Origin: a virus
Taxonomy: Duplodnaviria > Caudoviricetes
Strand: one strand, 5' to 3'
Virus record (IMG/VR): IMGVR_UViG_3300031453_000083
Location: 1-24,401 of that record
DNA length: 24,401 nt
This document shows, piece by piece, positions 1 through 7,390 of the stretch. The notes under the pieces were generated by a model. That model was not told where the DNA came from, did not search any database, and worked only from the letters and a program-made list of their open reading frames with translations. Position 1 is the first letter of the stretch. Each line of letters opens with the position of its first letter. A program made the translations under genes and the position numbers.

Positions 1-672
1 TCACTGCATGGCGTATGCAGCCGACGCGGCGGCCCCCTTGCCAGTCGATTGAGCATGCGGGATCAAGCTTGCGAGCCTGACGTCCTTGCGCGCGCTGCCG
101 ACACTGCTGCCGACCCAGTACGAGACGACGCTGGTCGACATCGCTCCCAAGGTGCCGAGAAGAACATTTAGCACGGGCTCGGCGTTGGCAGGGAGCGTGC
201 GGAGCAATGCGAGCGCCATGACGGTTCCAAACGTGAGCAGGACGATCACGCTGACGATGGCGGCACCCCACGCCATGGGAGAGCCGCTTTGGGCCAACTG
301 AACCGCGGTTGCGCGGGCGTTGGCCACGTCGGCGAGTTGGGCGACGAGTTGGTCCTGCGCGGCGCGGGCGGCCTCAGTTGCGCGCTGGGAGGCAATGCTG
401 GCCAGTTGCAGGCGCAGGTTGATCGCGACCTCCGGATTATTCAGCGCGGACAGCTGAGCATCGATCTGTGACGCCCCGGTGACGGTCTGGACGGCGGCCT
501 GAACCGCCTTGACGGTCTCGGCCGAGCCGGGGCCGAACAGCCAGCGGCCGAGTTCGGGCGCCAGATCGAGTGCGACCCCGCCGGCGGCGCCGAGCGCGGT
601 TCCGATGCCTGGCACGATGCTTCCCGCGGCGGCACCTTTGACCGCATCCTGGCCTACTTGCAACCAATCCAT
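1..672 (-). CDS. Holin-like membrane protein (3TM/GTA-holin-like, 223 aa)
   Basis: ATG at 672 overlaps the endolysin stop (TGATG). MDWLQVG... has a Gly/Ala N-terminus, an amphipathic/coiled middle (DVANARA motif) and two C-terminal hydrophobic helices (WGAAIVSVIVLLTFGTVMALALL; VLNVLLGTLGAMSTSVVSYWVGSSVGS). The YW/FGSS.GS ending is typical of holins next to GH108 lysins. Confidence 0.7.
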   Translation of the reverse strand: MDWLQVGQDAVKGAAAGSIVPGIGTALGAAGGVALDLAPELGRWLFGPGSAETVKAVQAAVQTVTGASQIDAQLSALNNPEVAINLRLQLASIASQRATEAARAAQDQLVAQLADVANARATAVQLAQSGSPMAWGAAIVSVIVLLTFGTVMALALLRTLPANAEPVLNVLLGTLGAMSTSVVSYWVGSSVGSARKDVRLASLIPHAQSTGKGAAASAAYAMQ

Positions 673-1205
673 CAGGCAGTCTCCCCGGCCCGTAAAGCTT
701 CGAATTGAATGTTGCAGACGCGTCGGCTCCAACCGAGCCCGAAGGTCCGCCACGTTGGCAGCGATGCCAGGAACAGGATGCGCTGGGCCTGGTAATCCGC
801 GAGGATGGAGGCGCCGCGGCCATTGCAGCGCTGCGCGGCGGAGAGCGTCACCGGGCCAATCACGCCGTCGATATCGACACGCAGGACGCACTGCAGCCAA
901 CGTAGGGCCCGGTCTGGGCCACTGTTCACCGCGGCATCGAACACGAGCAGGGCAATGGCTGGCGGCAGTTCGTCGCCGCGCACATGATCCCAGTAGTCGC
1001 GGCGGTAGATCGTCTTGGCGTCGTCGAGCGTGAGGGCGAGGATGTTCATATTCGGGTAGGAGGCGGCCGAGATACCGTATTTGGTGCCCCGGCACTCGCC
1101 AGCGCCGCATTTTGCACCGGTCCAATTGCCGGGATCGGCCGAGTTGGCGGTGTAGCCCCCTTCCTCCCCAATCACGGCTCGGAACGCATTATCGAAGACG
1201 GTCAT
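672..1205 (-). CDS. Endolysin, glycoside hydrolase family 108 with C-terminal peptidoglycan-binding region (177 aa)
   Basis: MTVFDNAFRAVIGEEGGY (EGGY catalytic motif), DPGNWTG..GTKYGIS, IYRRDYW, FDAAVNSG, DGVIGPVT and FGLGWSRR. GGAGGAG RBS upstream; ATG at 1205 overlaps the upstream stop. Confidence 0.92.
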   Translation of the reverse strand: MTVFDNAFRAVIGEEGGYTANSADPGNWTGAKCGAGECRGTKYGISAASYPNMNILALTLDDAKTIYRRDYWDHVRGDELPPAIALLVFDAAVNSGPDRALRWLQCVLRVDIDGVIGPVTLSAAQRCNGRGASILADYQAQRILFLASLPTWRTFGLGWSRRVCNIQFEALRAGETA

Positions 1206-1633
1206 GTCGGCTCCTCCAATCCGGGTACGTCCATGGCGGGCCAGGTCGGCGGCTCCACCCCTTCGCGGGAGCAGAAGCCGACGACCATCGCTTGTGCGTT
1301 GAGCCCAGCGTGACGAAGATCGTGCGCACGCTGGTTCCACCAGCGCGCCAGGTCCCAGCCGCGATCGCGGTCCCGCTCGACATCGAGCAGGCGCCGCTGG
1401 ACGCGCTCTAGCTCCGTTCGCAGCCGATCGAAGAGCTCGGCCTGATCGCGCGACAGCGCGAGACGCTGGGCTTCCAGGTCGCGCAAGACGGTTTGCTCGC
1501 GCGTGGCGACGTCGCCATGCAGCTTGTCGCCCCGCTCGATCCACCACCGCCACAGAACCCAGAGGGCGCTGGCCACGCTTGGGGCGGCGGCGGCGGCGAC
1601 GACCCACCAGGGGCCGTTTGCGAGATCGGGCAT
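1202..1633 (-). CDS. Lysis-cassette membrane protein: single N-terminal TM helix plus coiled coil (143 aa; holin/antiholin or i-spanin-like)
   Basis: MPDLANGPWWVVAAAAAPSVASALWVLWRWW hydrophobic segment followed by heptad-rich LRDLEAQRLALSRDQAELFDRLRTELERVQRRLLDVE. Coupled to the endolysin start. Start uncertain (no clear RBS). Confidence 0.6.
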   Translation of the reverse strand: MPDLANGPWWVVAAAAAPSVASALWVLWRWWIERGDKLHGDVATREQTVLRDLEAQRLALSRDQAELFDRLRTELERVQRRLLDVERDRDRGWDLARWWNQRAHDLRHAGLNAQAMVVGFCSREGVEPPTWPAMDVPGLEEPT

Positions 1634-1650
1634 TGAGCGGGCTTTCGGCA

Positions 1651-1751
1651 CTAGAGCATTTTCCGATCGGGTGAAGCCACCCAATCGGAAGTCGTGCTCG
1701 CAGAGAGTAGCAGCAGTGTTTCCAAGACAGATCGCTTGGGAAATGCCCGAC
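1651..1751. repeat. RIME/BRU-RS-like palindromic intergenic element, copy 1 (degenerate)
   Basis: CTAGAGCATTTTCCGATCGGGTG-AAGC-CACCCAATCGGAAGTCGTGCTC hairpin, a second hairpin TTTCCAAG..CTTGGGAAA, and a degenerate terminal inverted repeat AAATGCCCGAC. The first 49 nt match copy 2 (22619-22667) at 39/49 positions. Confidence 0.75.
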
Positions 1752-1774
1752 TGGAGCCGAGACGACGGCAGAGA

Positions 1775-2137
1775 TCATAGTCCAGCATGGGCTCTCCGCC
1801 AGGCAAGATAGTACCCCATTGCAGCGATAATGGCGTACGTCCCGGACCAGACGCTGGCATCGGACATGATGAGGCAGCCGGCGAACAGGCCGTTGCCGGA
1901 CGCGACGACGAGAACGCTGGTCAGGCAGATCACGGGATTGCTCGTGATGAACCCGACTACGCCGATGTTGGCGATGACGAGGAACAGAACGGCCCAGACG
2001 TGTTCTGGCGCGAAGGCCGCCATATAGGCAAACCCGTTGTTCGTCTTAAAGACATTACTGGCGAGATCGAAGTAAAGCCCGAGCCATCCCATGATCGCCG
2101 TCAATCCGAGGTGGATCGCGTTGCGGGTGTCATACAT
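1775..2137 (-). CDS. Small polytopic membrane protein (about 4 TM helices, 120 aa), holin-like
   Basis: AGAAGGA RBS; four hydrophobic segments (AIHLGLTAIMGWLGLYF; VWAVLFLVIANIGVVGFI; VICLTSVLVVASGNGLFAGCLI; TYAIIAAMGYYLAW) and a basic C-terminus; first gene of the lysis block. Confidence 0.6.
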   Translation of the reverse strand: MYDTRNAIHLGLTAIMGWLGLYFDLASNVFKTNNGFAYMAAFAPEHVWAVLFLVIANIGVVGFITSNPVICLTSVLVVASGNGLFAGCLIMSDASVWSGTYAIIAAMGYYLAWRRAHAGL

Positions 2138-2200
2138 TGCTGGTCCTTCTCATGGGGGCACCGCTTGCTACCGCGCTGGATCGGGAGCGGCACGCGTGCT

Positions 2201-4771
2201 TCAGGCAGCCACCATGTCGTAGGGTGAGTAGGTGCTTGGCCCCATCGGGACAACGAAGGCCAACATCTGGTCTCGCATGGACTGGGTCGCCGCCGGGTTC
2301 CCGGCCTGCCGCGCCATCATCACCGCCGACAGATGGAAGGGCAGGTAATTGATCCAGTTCGGAATGTATGGGTAAGCCTGCGCCGTAGTGTAGTTGGCCG
2401 CGGATTGGGGACGCCAGGCGAGGTTGACGCCATTGGTGTCCGACGACCAGGTGAGCGGCGGTCCGGATGGAGTAGCTGCGATCGTAAACGTCGTAAGCGG
2501 CGGGGTCGGCGCGGCGTAGACGTTGCCCGAGGTTGCTTGCGGGTTCGTGACGTCCCGGATGTAGCCTACTTGGCCCTCGACCGCGCCGGCCGGGATCGTG
2601 CCCCTGCCGTTGCTCTGCGTCTCGGACGTGAACACCACCATGTCGCCGTTGGTGAATGGCGGTGGTGGTTGGTTGACCGCGTTCCAGTAAACCGACCCCA
2701 TCGTGAAGACGCCGTTTGTGGCGGTGAGGTTCGGAGTGACTTGCACGAAGGGCTGTTGCTCGGCCGGAAGGAGCTTGTTGGTTGTGCTCCAGCTCGTGTT
2801 CTTGAGCCGGTCAACGGTCCGGTATTGATCGAATGCGTAGAACCGCCCGTTTGCAGCGTTTCGGCCGGTCCAGTTGAACGTGTGGTCCCCGAGGCGCTTC
2901 CAGCGAGGATCTTCCGTCATCAGGTAATTGGCATACGCGCAGGTACACTGGATCGCCGTCATCCACGGAATTGAGATGCTGTTCAGGCCGAGTTCAGAGG
3001 GCGGGTAGTACGCGCCGGCAAGAACGTAGTCGGCGGGCATGTTGTTAAGGCTGCCGGCAATGTAATCGCCGTTGTGCGCGAGCAAAGCTTGGAAGTAACC
3101 GAACGCGACGTGGTCTGCCGAGACGAGTCCGCATGCATGGCCTAGGATGAGTTGCGCCCAACCCATCGCGCGGATGTTGTCGGCCAGCCACTGTCCGCAC
3201 AGTCCTGACCAGTAGCTGGTATCGGTCGATGGCGCTGTTGCGGCGGCCTGCTGCGGCTGACCGGTCAGCATGAGCTGGCGGAAGTTGTTGTAACCGTAGA
3301 TCGATTGGTGAGCGAGGTTCGAGGCGAGATCGAGTTGTGCCTCTAGCAGCCACTCGTCGCCGGTTACGAGTGCCATGAAGTAGCAATAGGAGACAGCATG
3401 GCTGCTATCGCCGCTGGTATTCCAGGCGCCGGTGCCGCCGAGTGGGTAGGCGACGCCGTCCTGCGCTCCGCCTTGGCTCCGACCATCGTAGTAGGAGTCA
3501 ACCGCGACCGGCATGCCCTGTGCGGTGAAGTCGGAGTAGCTGGCGGCTTTCGGCCGCATGATCAGTGCGATCGGCGTGTTGGCGGTGTCGGGCGCCGCGT
3601 CGCCGGGTCGCTGGCGCTGGCGGTTACTGCGGTAGTGATAGGGCACACCGAGACCGGCGAGCGCGTTGACTCGGGCGCGGGCAAGCGCCTGCGGGTCCAA
3701 GCGCTTGAAGAAGTCGGCGTCCATGGTCGGGATCACTCCTCGCCCGAGATACTCGCCCGTGCCGTCGATATTGGCGCGGTGCTCCATTGCGCCGCAGGGA
3801 ACATAGGCTGGCGGTGCGACGGCTGCTGGGGGATTGGCCCCGTTGATCGGGGGGCAAAGGCCGGTCGAGATAAGGTAGGCCCGGTCGAAGCTGGTGAACA
3901 GAGTCGGCTGGGTCCCGGTGACCCACGGGGCCGCGCCCGCATTGTTGCCGGTCTGCACGGCGAGTAGCCACTGGCTCGCGTATGGATGCTGCACGCCAGT
4001 GTAGCTGACGATGGACGTCGCGCCGTCGAGCAGCGCCGCATCGTAATTTAGGCGGAATTTTCCAGAGACGCTCCACCAATCGAGCGCCATGACAGCACCA
4101 ACCTGGATGCCGGCCGTCGAGCCATCGGTATTCTTCCAACGCGTGACATACCAGTTCACCTTGAGATGCGCATCGGCGACACCGCTGGCATTGTCGGTGG
4201 CCATCCCCCAGCCCTGCCAGACGTCCGCGATCGGCCCGGTCGTAAGCGTGGTCCACCGGGTCGGTGTTGCAGCGTGCGTGGCCAGTGAGGCTGTGAAGCT
4301 GCTGCTGCCGTGCGGCGCGGTGTTGGTGCCGTCGAACTGGGTGACGTTGGCGAAGCCGATCTTAATATCGTGGCCCGAAAGCGCGGTGACGAGGCTGCTG
4401 TCCCCGGCAACCGCCGTGCTCCCAGACGGCAACACGCCGGTTGCCGCGCGCATCGTATAGGAGCGGCTCTCGGAGGCGGCCCAGGCGGTGTCGCGCAGCA
4501 GCATCCGGGCCAGCTTCAGACTGCCGTCCGACCAGGTCCGCACGGCGTAGAATTGTGCTGAACCGGAACCCAGTTGCGGGATGCTGCCGGAGGGCACGTC
4601 ACCTTTCTTGAACCACACCCCGCACTTGTGAAATCCCGGGGAGACGGAGGCGGCGAAATTCTGAATACTGAAAGCTTGCGATACGGTCGTGCCGGAGTTG
4701 CCTGCCGATCCACTGGCCGGATTGATGAGAAAGGGGCGGCCATTCAGCCGGCGGTTCAGAAGAATTGTCAT
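2201..4771 (-). CDS. Putative particle-associated polysaccharide lyase-like protein (RIFT barrel plus alpha/alpha toroid, PcRGLX/YetA-like; 856 aa)
   Basis: GVWFKKGDVP...VRTWSDGSLKLA resembles the PcRGLX/YetA N-terminal barrel motif. Toroid-type helices DSSHAVSYCYFMALVTGDEWLLE and YLMTEDPRWKRLG. Inserted beta domain FTNGDMVVF..YIRDV..TTFTIAATPSG is of a type seen in phage fibres. Confidence 0.55.
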   Translation of the reverse strand: MTILLNRRLNGRPFLINPASGSAGNSGTTVSQAFSIQNFAASVSPGFHKCGVWFKKGDVPSGSIPQLGSGSAQFYAVRTWSDGSLKLARMLLRDTAWAASESRSYTMRAATGVLPSGSTAVAGDSSLVTALSGHDIKIGFANVTQFDGTNTAPHGSSSFTASLATHAATPTRWTTLTTGPIADVWQGWGMATDNASGVADAHLKVNWYVTRWKNTDGSTAGIQVGAVMALDWWSVSGKFRLNYDAALLDGATSIVSYTGVQHPYASQWLLAVQTGNNAGAAPWVTGTQPTLFTSFDRAYLISTGLCPPINGANPPAAVAPPAYVPCGAMEHRANIDGTGEYLGRGVIPTMDADFFKRLDPQALARARVNALAGLGVPYHYRSNRQRQRPGDAAPDTANTPIALIMRPKAASYSDFTAQGMPVAVDSYYDGRSQGGAQDGVAYPLGGTGAWNTSGDSSHAVSYCYFMALVTGDEWLLEAQLDLASNLAHQSIYGYNNFRQLMLTGQPQQAAATAPSTDTSYWSGLCGQWLADNIRAMGWAQLILGHACGLVSADHVAFGYFQALLAHNGDYIAGSLNNMPADYVLAGAYYPPSELGLNSISIPWMTAIQCTCAYANYLMTEDPRWKRLGDHTFNWTGRNAANGRFYAFDQYRTVDRLKNTSWSTTNKLLPAEQQPFVQVTPNLTATNGVFTMGSVYWNAVNQPPPPFTNGDMVVFTSETQSNGRGTIPAGAVEGQVGYIRDVTNPQATSGNVYAAPTPPLTTFTIAATPSGPPLTWSSDTNGVNLAWRPQSAANYTTAQAYPYIPNWINYLPFHLSAVMMARQAGNPAATQSMRDQMLAFVVPMGPSTYSPYDMVAA

Positions 4772-4774
4772 TCA

Positions 4775-7390
4775 TCACACCGTCTTAATCATGATGTCTT
4801 GCTTGGGCCGCATGTGCCAGCCCATGCCGATGCCGAAATCGGTCCTGTCGTCGCACAGCACGGTCGCTTCACCCGCCGGGACGCCGCCCGTGGACTGGCC
4901 GAAATCCGAGGCGAAATGGGCCGTCATCGTGCTCGGCATGACGTCCGTTGTGCCATCGCCGTAGGTGATCCCGCTGGCGCCGGCGAGCGTTACGTCGATC
5001 GTGCCGTCGGCACCGGGCGGCGGCGCGGTGGCGTTGATCGCAGCACCGGTGATCTTGATGGTTTTGCCCGGCGTGCCGGCTGCGCCCGCGTAGCCGCCTG
5101 ACGGGTAGAGGGCGAACAGCGAGGCGATGTCGCCGGCGCTGGCCGGGTTGTAGGAGAAGGTCGAGTTGTTGAAAAGGATCTTTACGCCTTGCAGGGCCGT
5201 CCCGCCGTGCAGCTTGAATGGGAAGCGGATGACCCGGCTGCCGCTGGAGATCGTGGCGCTGGCAGAAAGCGTCGGCCCTCGGTTCTGCGTCTGGTTGCCG
5301 CCCATGGCTGCCGTTTCCGTCGCGAAGATCAGCCGGGCGCTGGAACGGACATACTGCATTCGCGCCGCCATAGTGGCGTGGTTGTTGGCGTATTCGTTCC
5401 AGTTATAGGTTTCCTTCGAGACCACCATCGGATTGACCGGCTCGATCTCGTTGAGGAAAATGCAAGTGTTGCGGGTGAAGCCTTCGGGGCGGGAGCCATC
5501 GCCGCCGAAGATGCCGGAAGCGGAGCACCAGCCGATGACGGCGCAGGCCGGATAGTTACGGGCGATCCAGTCCACGGCGGCCTTGTAGCGGATGCGGTTC
5601 TCGGCGAGGGACTCGGTCGGGTAGTTACTGTCGACGCCATCCCAGCTATTGGTCGCGCCCCAGAAATAGCGGAACTTGCCACCGCAGGCGTAGCTCATCG
5701 TGCCCTGAAAGCCGTAACTCAGCGAGCCGTCGTGGCCGACGAACTGATCGAGTCCGCCGCCGGTGGACGAGAGCATGCCTGCGATGCCGCAGACCACGCC
5801 GAGCTGCGCCTCGACGATGCGGCCGAGCTCCATCGAACCGGACGACGACGTGTTGCCGTAGTGGTATTGGTAGGGGTCGCCGGAAACGCCATCGTTGCGG
5901 AACCAGCCGGAGTCTGCCGGGTATCGGTAGTCGTAACTGCCGAAGGTGACGGCTTTGGCGTAGGTGGTGGAGACCGCCCCGCCCGACTGCGCGTAAGCCT
6001 GGCCGACGCCGCACTCGAACGAACGGCTGGCAACGCCGAATACAACGCCGACGCTGAACCGGTTGGCCAGACGAATCGGGTTGGTGAACGCAGCGTCGGT
6101 CGCGATCTCGGCAAAGTAGTGATAGGGACCGGCGGGCAGGAGCAGGGTGAGTCGGCCGGTGCCGCTGAGCGGCCCGTAAACCTGGACCGGGGCGGCATTG
6201 AGGTATGTGCCGGTGCCAAGCATGGTCGTGGCACCCGACGAGAGCGCGTCGACGAGCTTGATCCAAAGGCAGTTCGTGGCACCTCCGAGCGCGGTGATGT
6301 TGATCGGCACCTCGCCCCAGCCACGGGCCCATGAGAACGAAAACCCCGAAGGATTGCCGCTGACCGTGTCTCGCTGGTGCGCCGCCTGATCTCCAAACAC
6401 GAGGTTTGCCGTGATCGTTTGCGCTGTGCCCGAACTCACGGCGAAGACATTGAGCGGCGACGGGTATGGGGCGTAGAGCGCCGCCGTATTGCTGCATCGG
6501 ATTGCGTGCTCACCTGCGGCGGTCGGCTGATAGCGGATGGCGACGGGCGTCGTGCTTGCCGGCGAATAATTCGCCGTCGCGCCATCTGGAAAATTGCCAG
6601 TGCCTTTGCTGACCGCCAGCGTGATCGACCCGGCGCTGGGAGGCCAGGCGCCGTTTGGAGAGATTGACAGCGTCTGCGCCGTGCCGATCGTGGTCGCGCT
6701 AACAGGGAATAGCGCGTCGAACCGGTTCGCGGTGCCCGAAGCGGAGACAGCGGTGATTGCATAGGACTGCGCGCCGCTACTATTGAGCATGCCGGTAGCA
6801 GAGACATTAAAGCTGCCCAACGTTCCCGGCGCGCTCACAGGCGTGAAGTTGAAGACAACGGAAGCTTTGCCAGTGCCGATCAGCGATGCGTTGTCGAACG
6901 AGCCGGCCAGGCCGGTCACAGACGGCGTGATCACTTCACCCGACGGCCAAGCACCGCTGCTTGGAGTGACCAGTATCTGCACCGGCGCACTGGGAGCGCC
7001 TCCGGCTGTGGATAGCGCAACCGAAAACGACGTTGCCGACGCGGTCGAGGTCGAGCTTCCGACAAGATTGTCGGTTGTGCTGAGACCGTAGGCGTTGCTC
7101 GCCACGATCCGTAGGTCATAGGAGGTGCTGGGCGCGAGACCGACAAAGGTTCCGCCAGTACTGGTGAAAGACGCGCTGTTCTGCGTCCAGGTGCTGCTTC
7201 CGTGCGGTGACGTAAAGCCAGAATAGGCGATTAAAGCAGAACCGCTTGCGGCGGTGAAGGTAACAGGCAGGGTTGTTGAACTGGCCATGCCGACGTTCAG
7301 GTTCGTAACGGCGGTCGGCGCGAGCCCGCCTGATCCAATTACTCCCAGCGGTCGCCCGTTGGCCTGGCGGCGGCCGAGAACGACGATCAT
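4775..7390 (-). CDS. FN3 plus two Ig-like domains plus divergent sialate O-acetylesterase (SASA/CE6-like SGNH) protein (871 aa)
   Basis: FN3 signature GLAPSTSYDLRIVASNAYG. FGDQAAHQRD and FSVGVVFGVASRSF align by eye to the F.D.MVLQR and VGEVW..SGQSN blocks of sialate O-acetylesterases. C-terminal NNHA...GPTL block. ATGA overlap with the upstream gene. Confidence 0.55.
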   Translation of the reverse strand: MIVVLGRRQANGRPLGVIGSGGLAPTAVTNLNVGMASSTTLPVTFTAASGSALIAYSGFTSPHGSSTWTQNSASFTSTGGTFVGLAPSTSYDLRIVASNAYGLSTTDNLVGSSTSTASATSFSVALSTAGGAPSAPVQILVTPSSGAWPSGEVITPSVTGLAGSFDNASLIGTGKASVVFNFTPVSAPGTLGSFNVSATGMLNSSGAQSYAITAVSASGTANRFDALFPVSATTIGTAQTLSISPNGAWPPSAGSITLAVSKGTGNFPDGATANYSPASTTPVAIRYQPTAAGEHAIRCSNTAALYAPYPSPLNVFAVSSGTAQTITANLVFGDQAAHQRDTVSGNPSGFSFSWARGWGEVPINITALGGATNCLWIKLVDALSSGATTMLGTGTYLNAAPVQVYGPLSGTGRLTLLLPAGPYHYFAEIATDAAFTNPIRLANRFSVGVVFGVASRSFECGVGQAYAQSGGAVSTTYAKAVTFGSYDYRYPADSGWFRNDGVSGDPYQYHYGNTSSSGSMELGRIVEAQLGVVCGIAGMLSSTGGGLDQFVGHDGSLSYGFQGTMSYACGGKFRYFWGATNSWDGVDSNYPTESLAENRIRYKAAVDWIARNYPACAVIGWCSASGIFGGDGSRPEGFTRNTCIFLNEIEPVNPMVVSKETYNWNEYANNHATMAARMQYVRSSARLIFATETAAMGGNQTQNRGPTLSASATISSGSRVIRFPFKLHGGTALQGVKILFNNSTFSYNPASAGDIASLFALYPSGGYAGAAGTPGKTIKITGAAINATAPPPGADGTIDVTLAGASGITYGDGTTDVMPSTMTAHFASDFGQSTGGVPAGEATVLCDDRTDFGIGMGWHMRPKQDIMIKTV

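Noticed and set aside
673-1125. N-terminal extension of the 1..1125 ORF (374 aa)
   Set aside because: It overlaps the endolysin in another frame and reads as Arg/Pro-rich shadow sequence; the coupled ATG at 672 is the credible start.
1189-1383. Embedded 64-aa ORF as a possible o-spanin (Rz1)
   Set aside because: No hydrophobic signal, no lipobox and no Cys.
1651-1751. Palindromic repeats as a CRISPR array or rho-independent terminators
   Set aside because: Only two copies 21 kb apart, with no spacer periodicity and no poly-U tail in the transcribed direction.
5189-6334. 381-aa plus-strand ORF and other long antisense ORFs (e.g. 2333-2974, 10856-11548, 23766-24278)
   Set aside because: Antisense shadows of high-GC coding genes with no recognisable motifs or RBS.
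4706-7390. Twin-arginine (Tat) signal interpretation of the RR leaders
   Set aside because: No S/T-R-R-x-F-L-K consensus and no hydrophobic h-region or AxA cleavage site after the RR.
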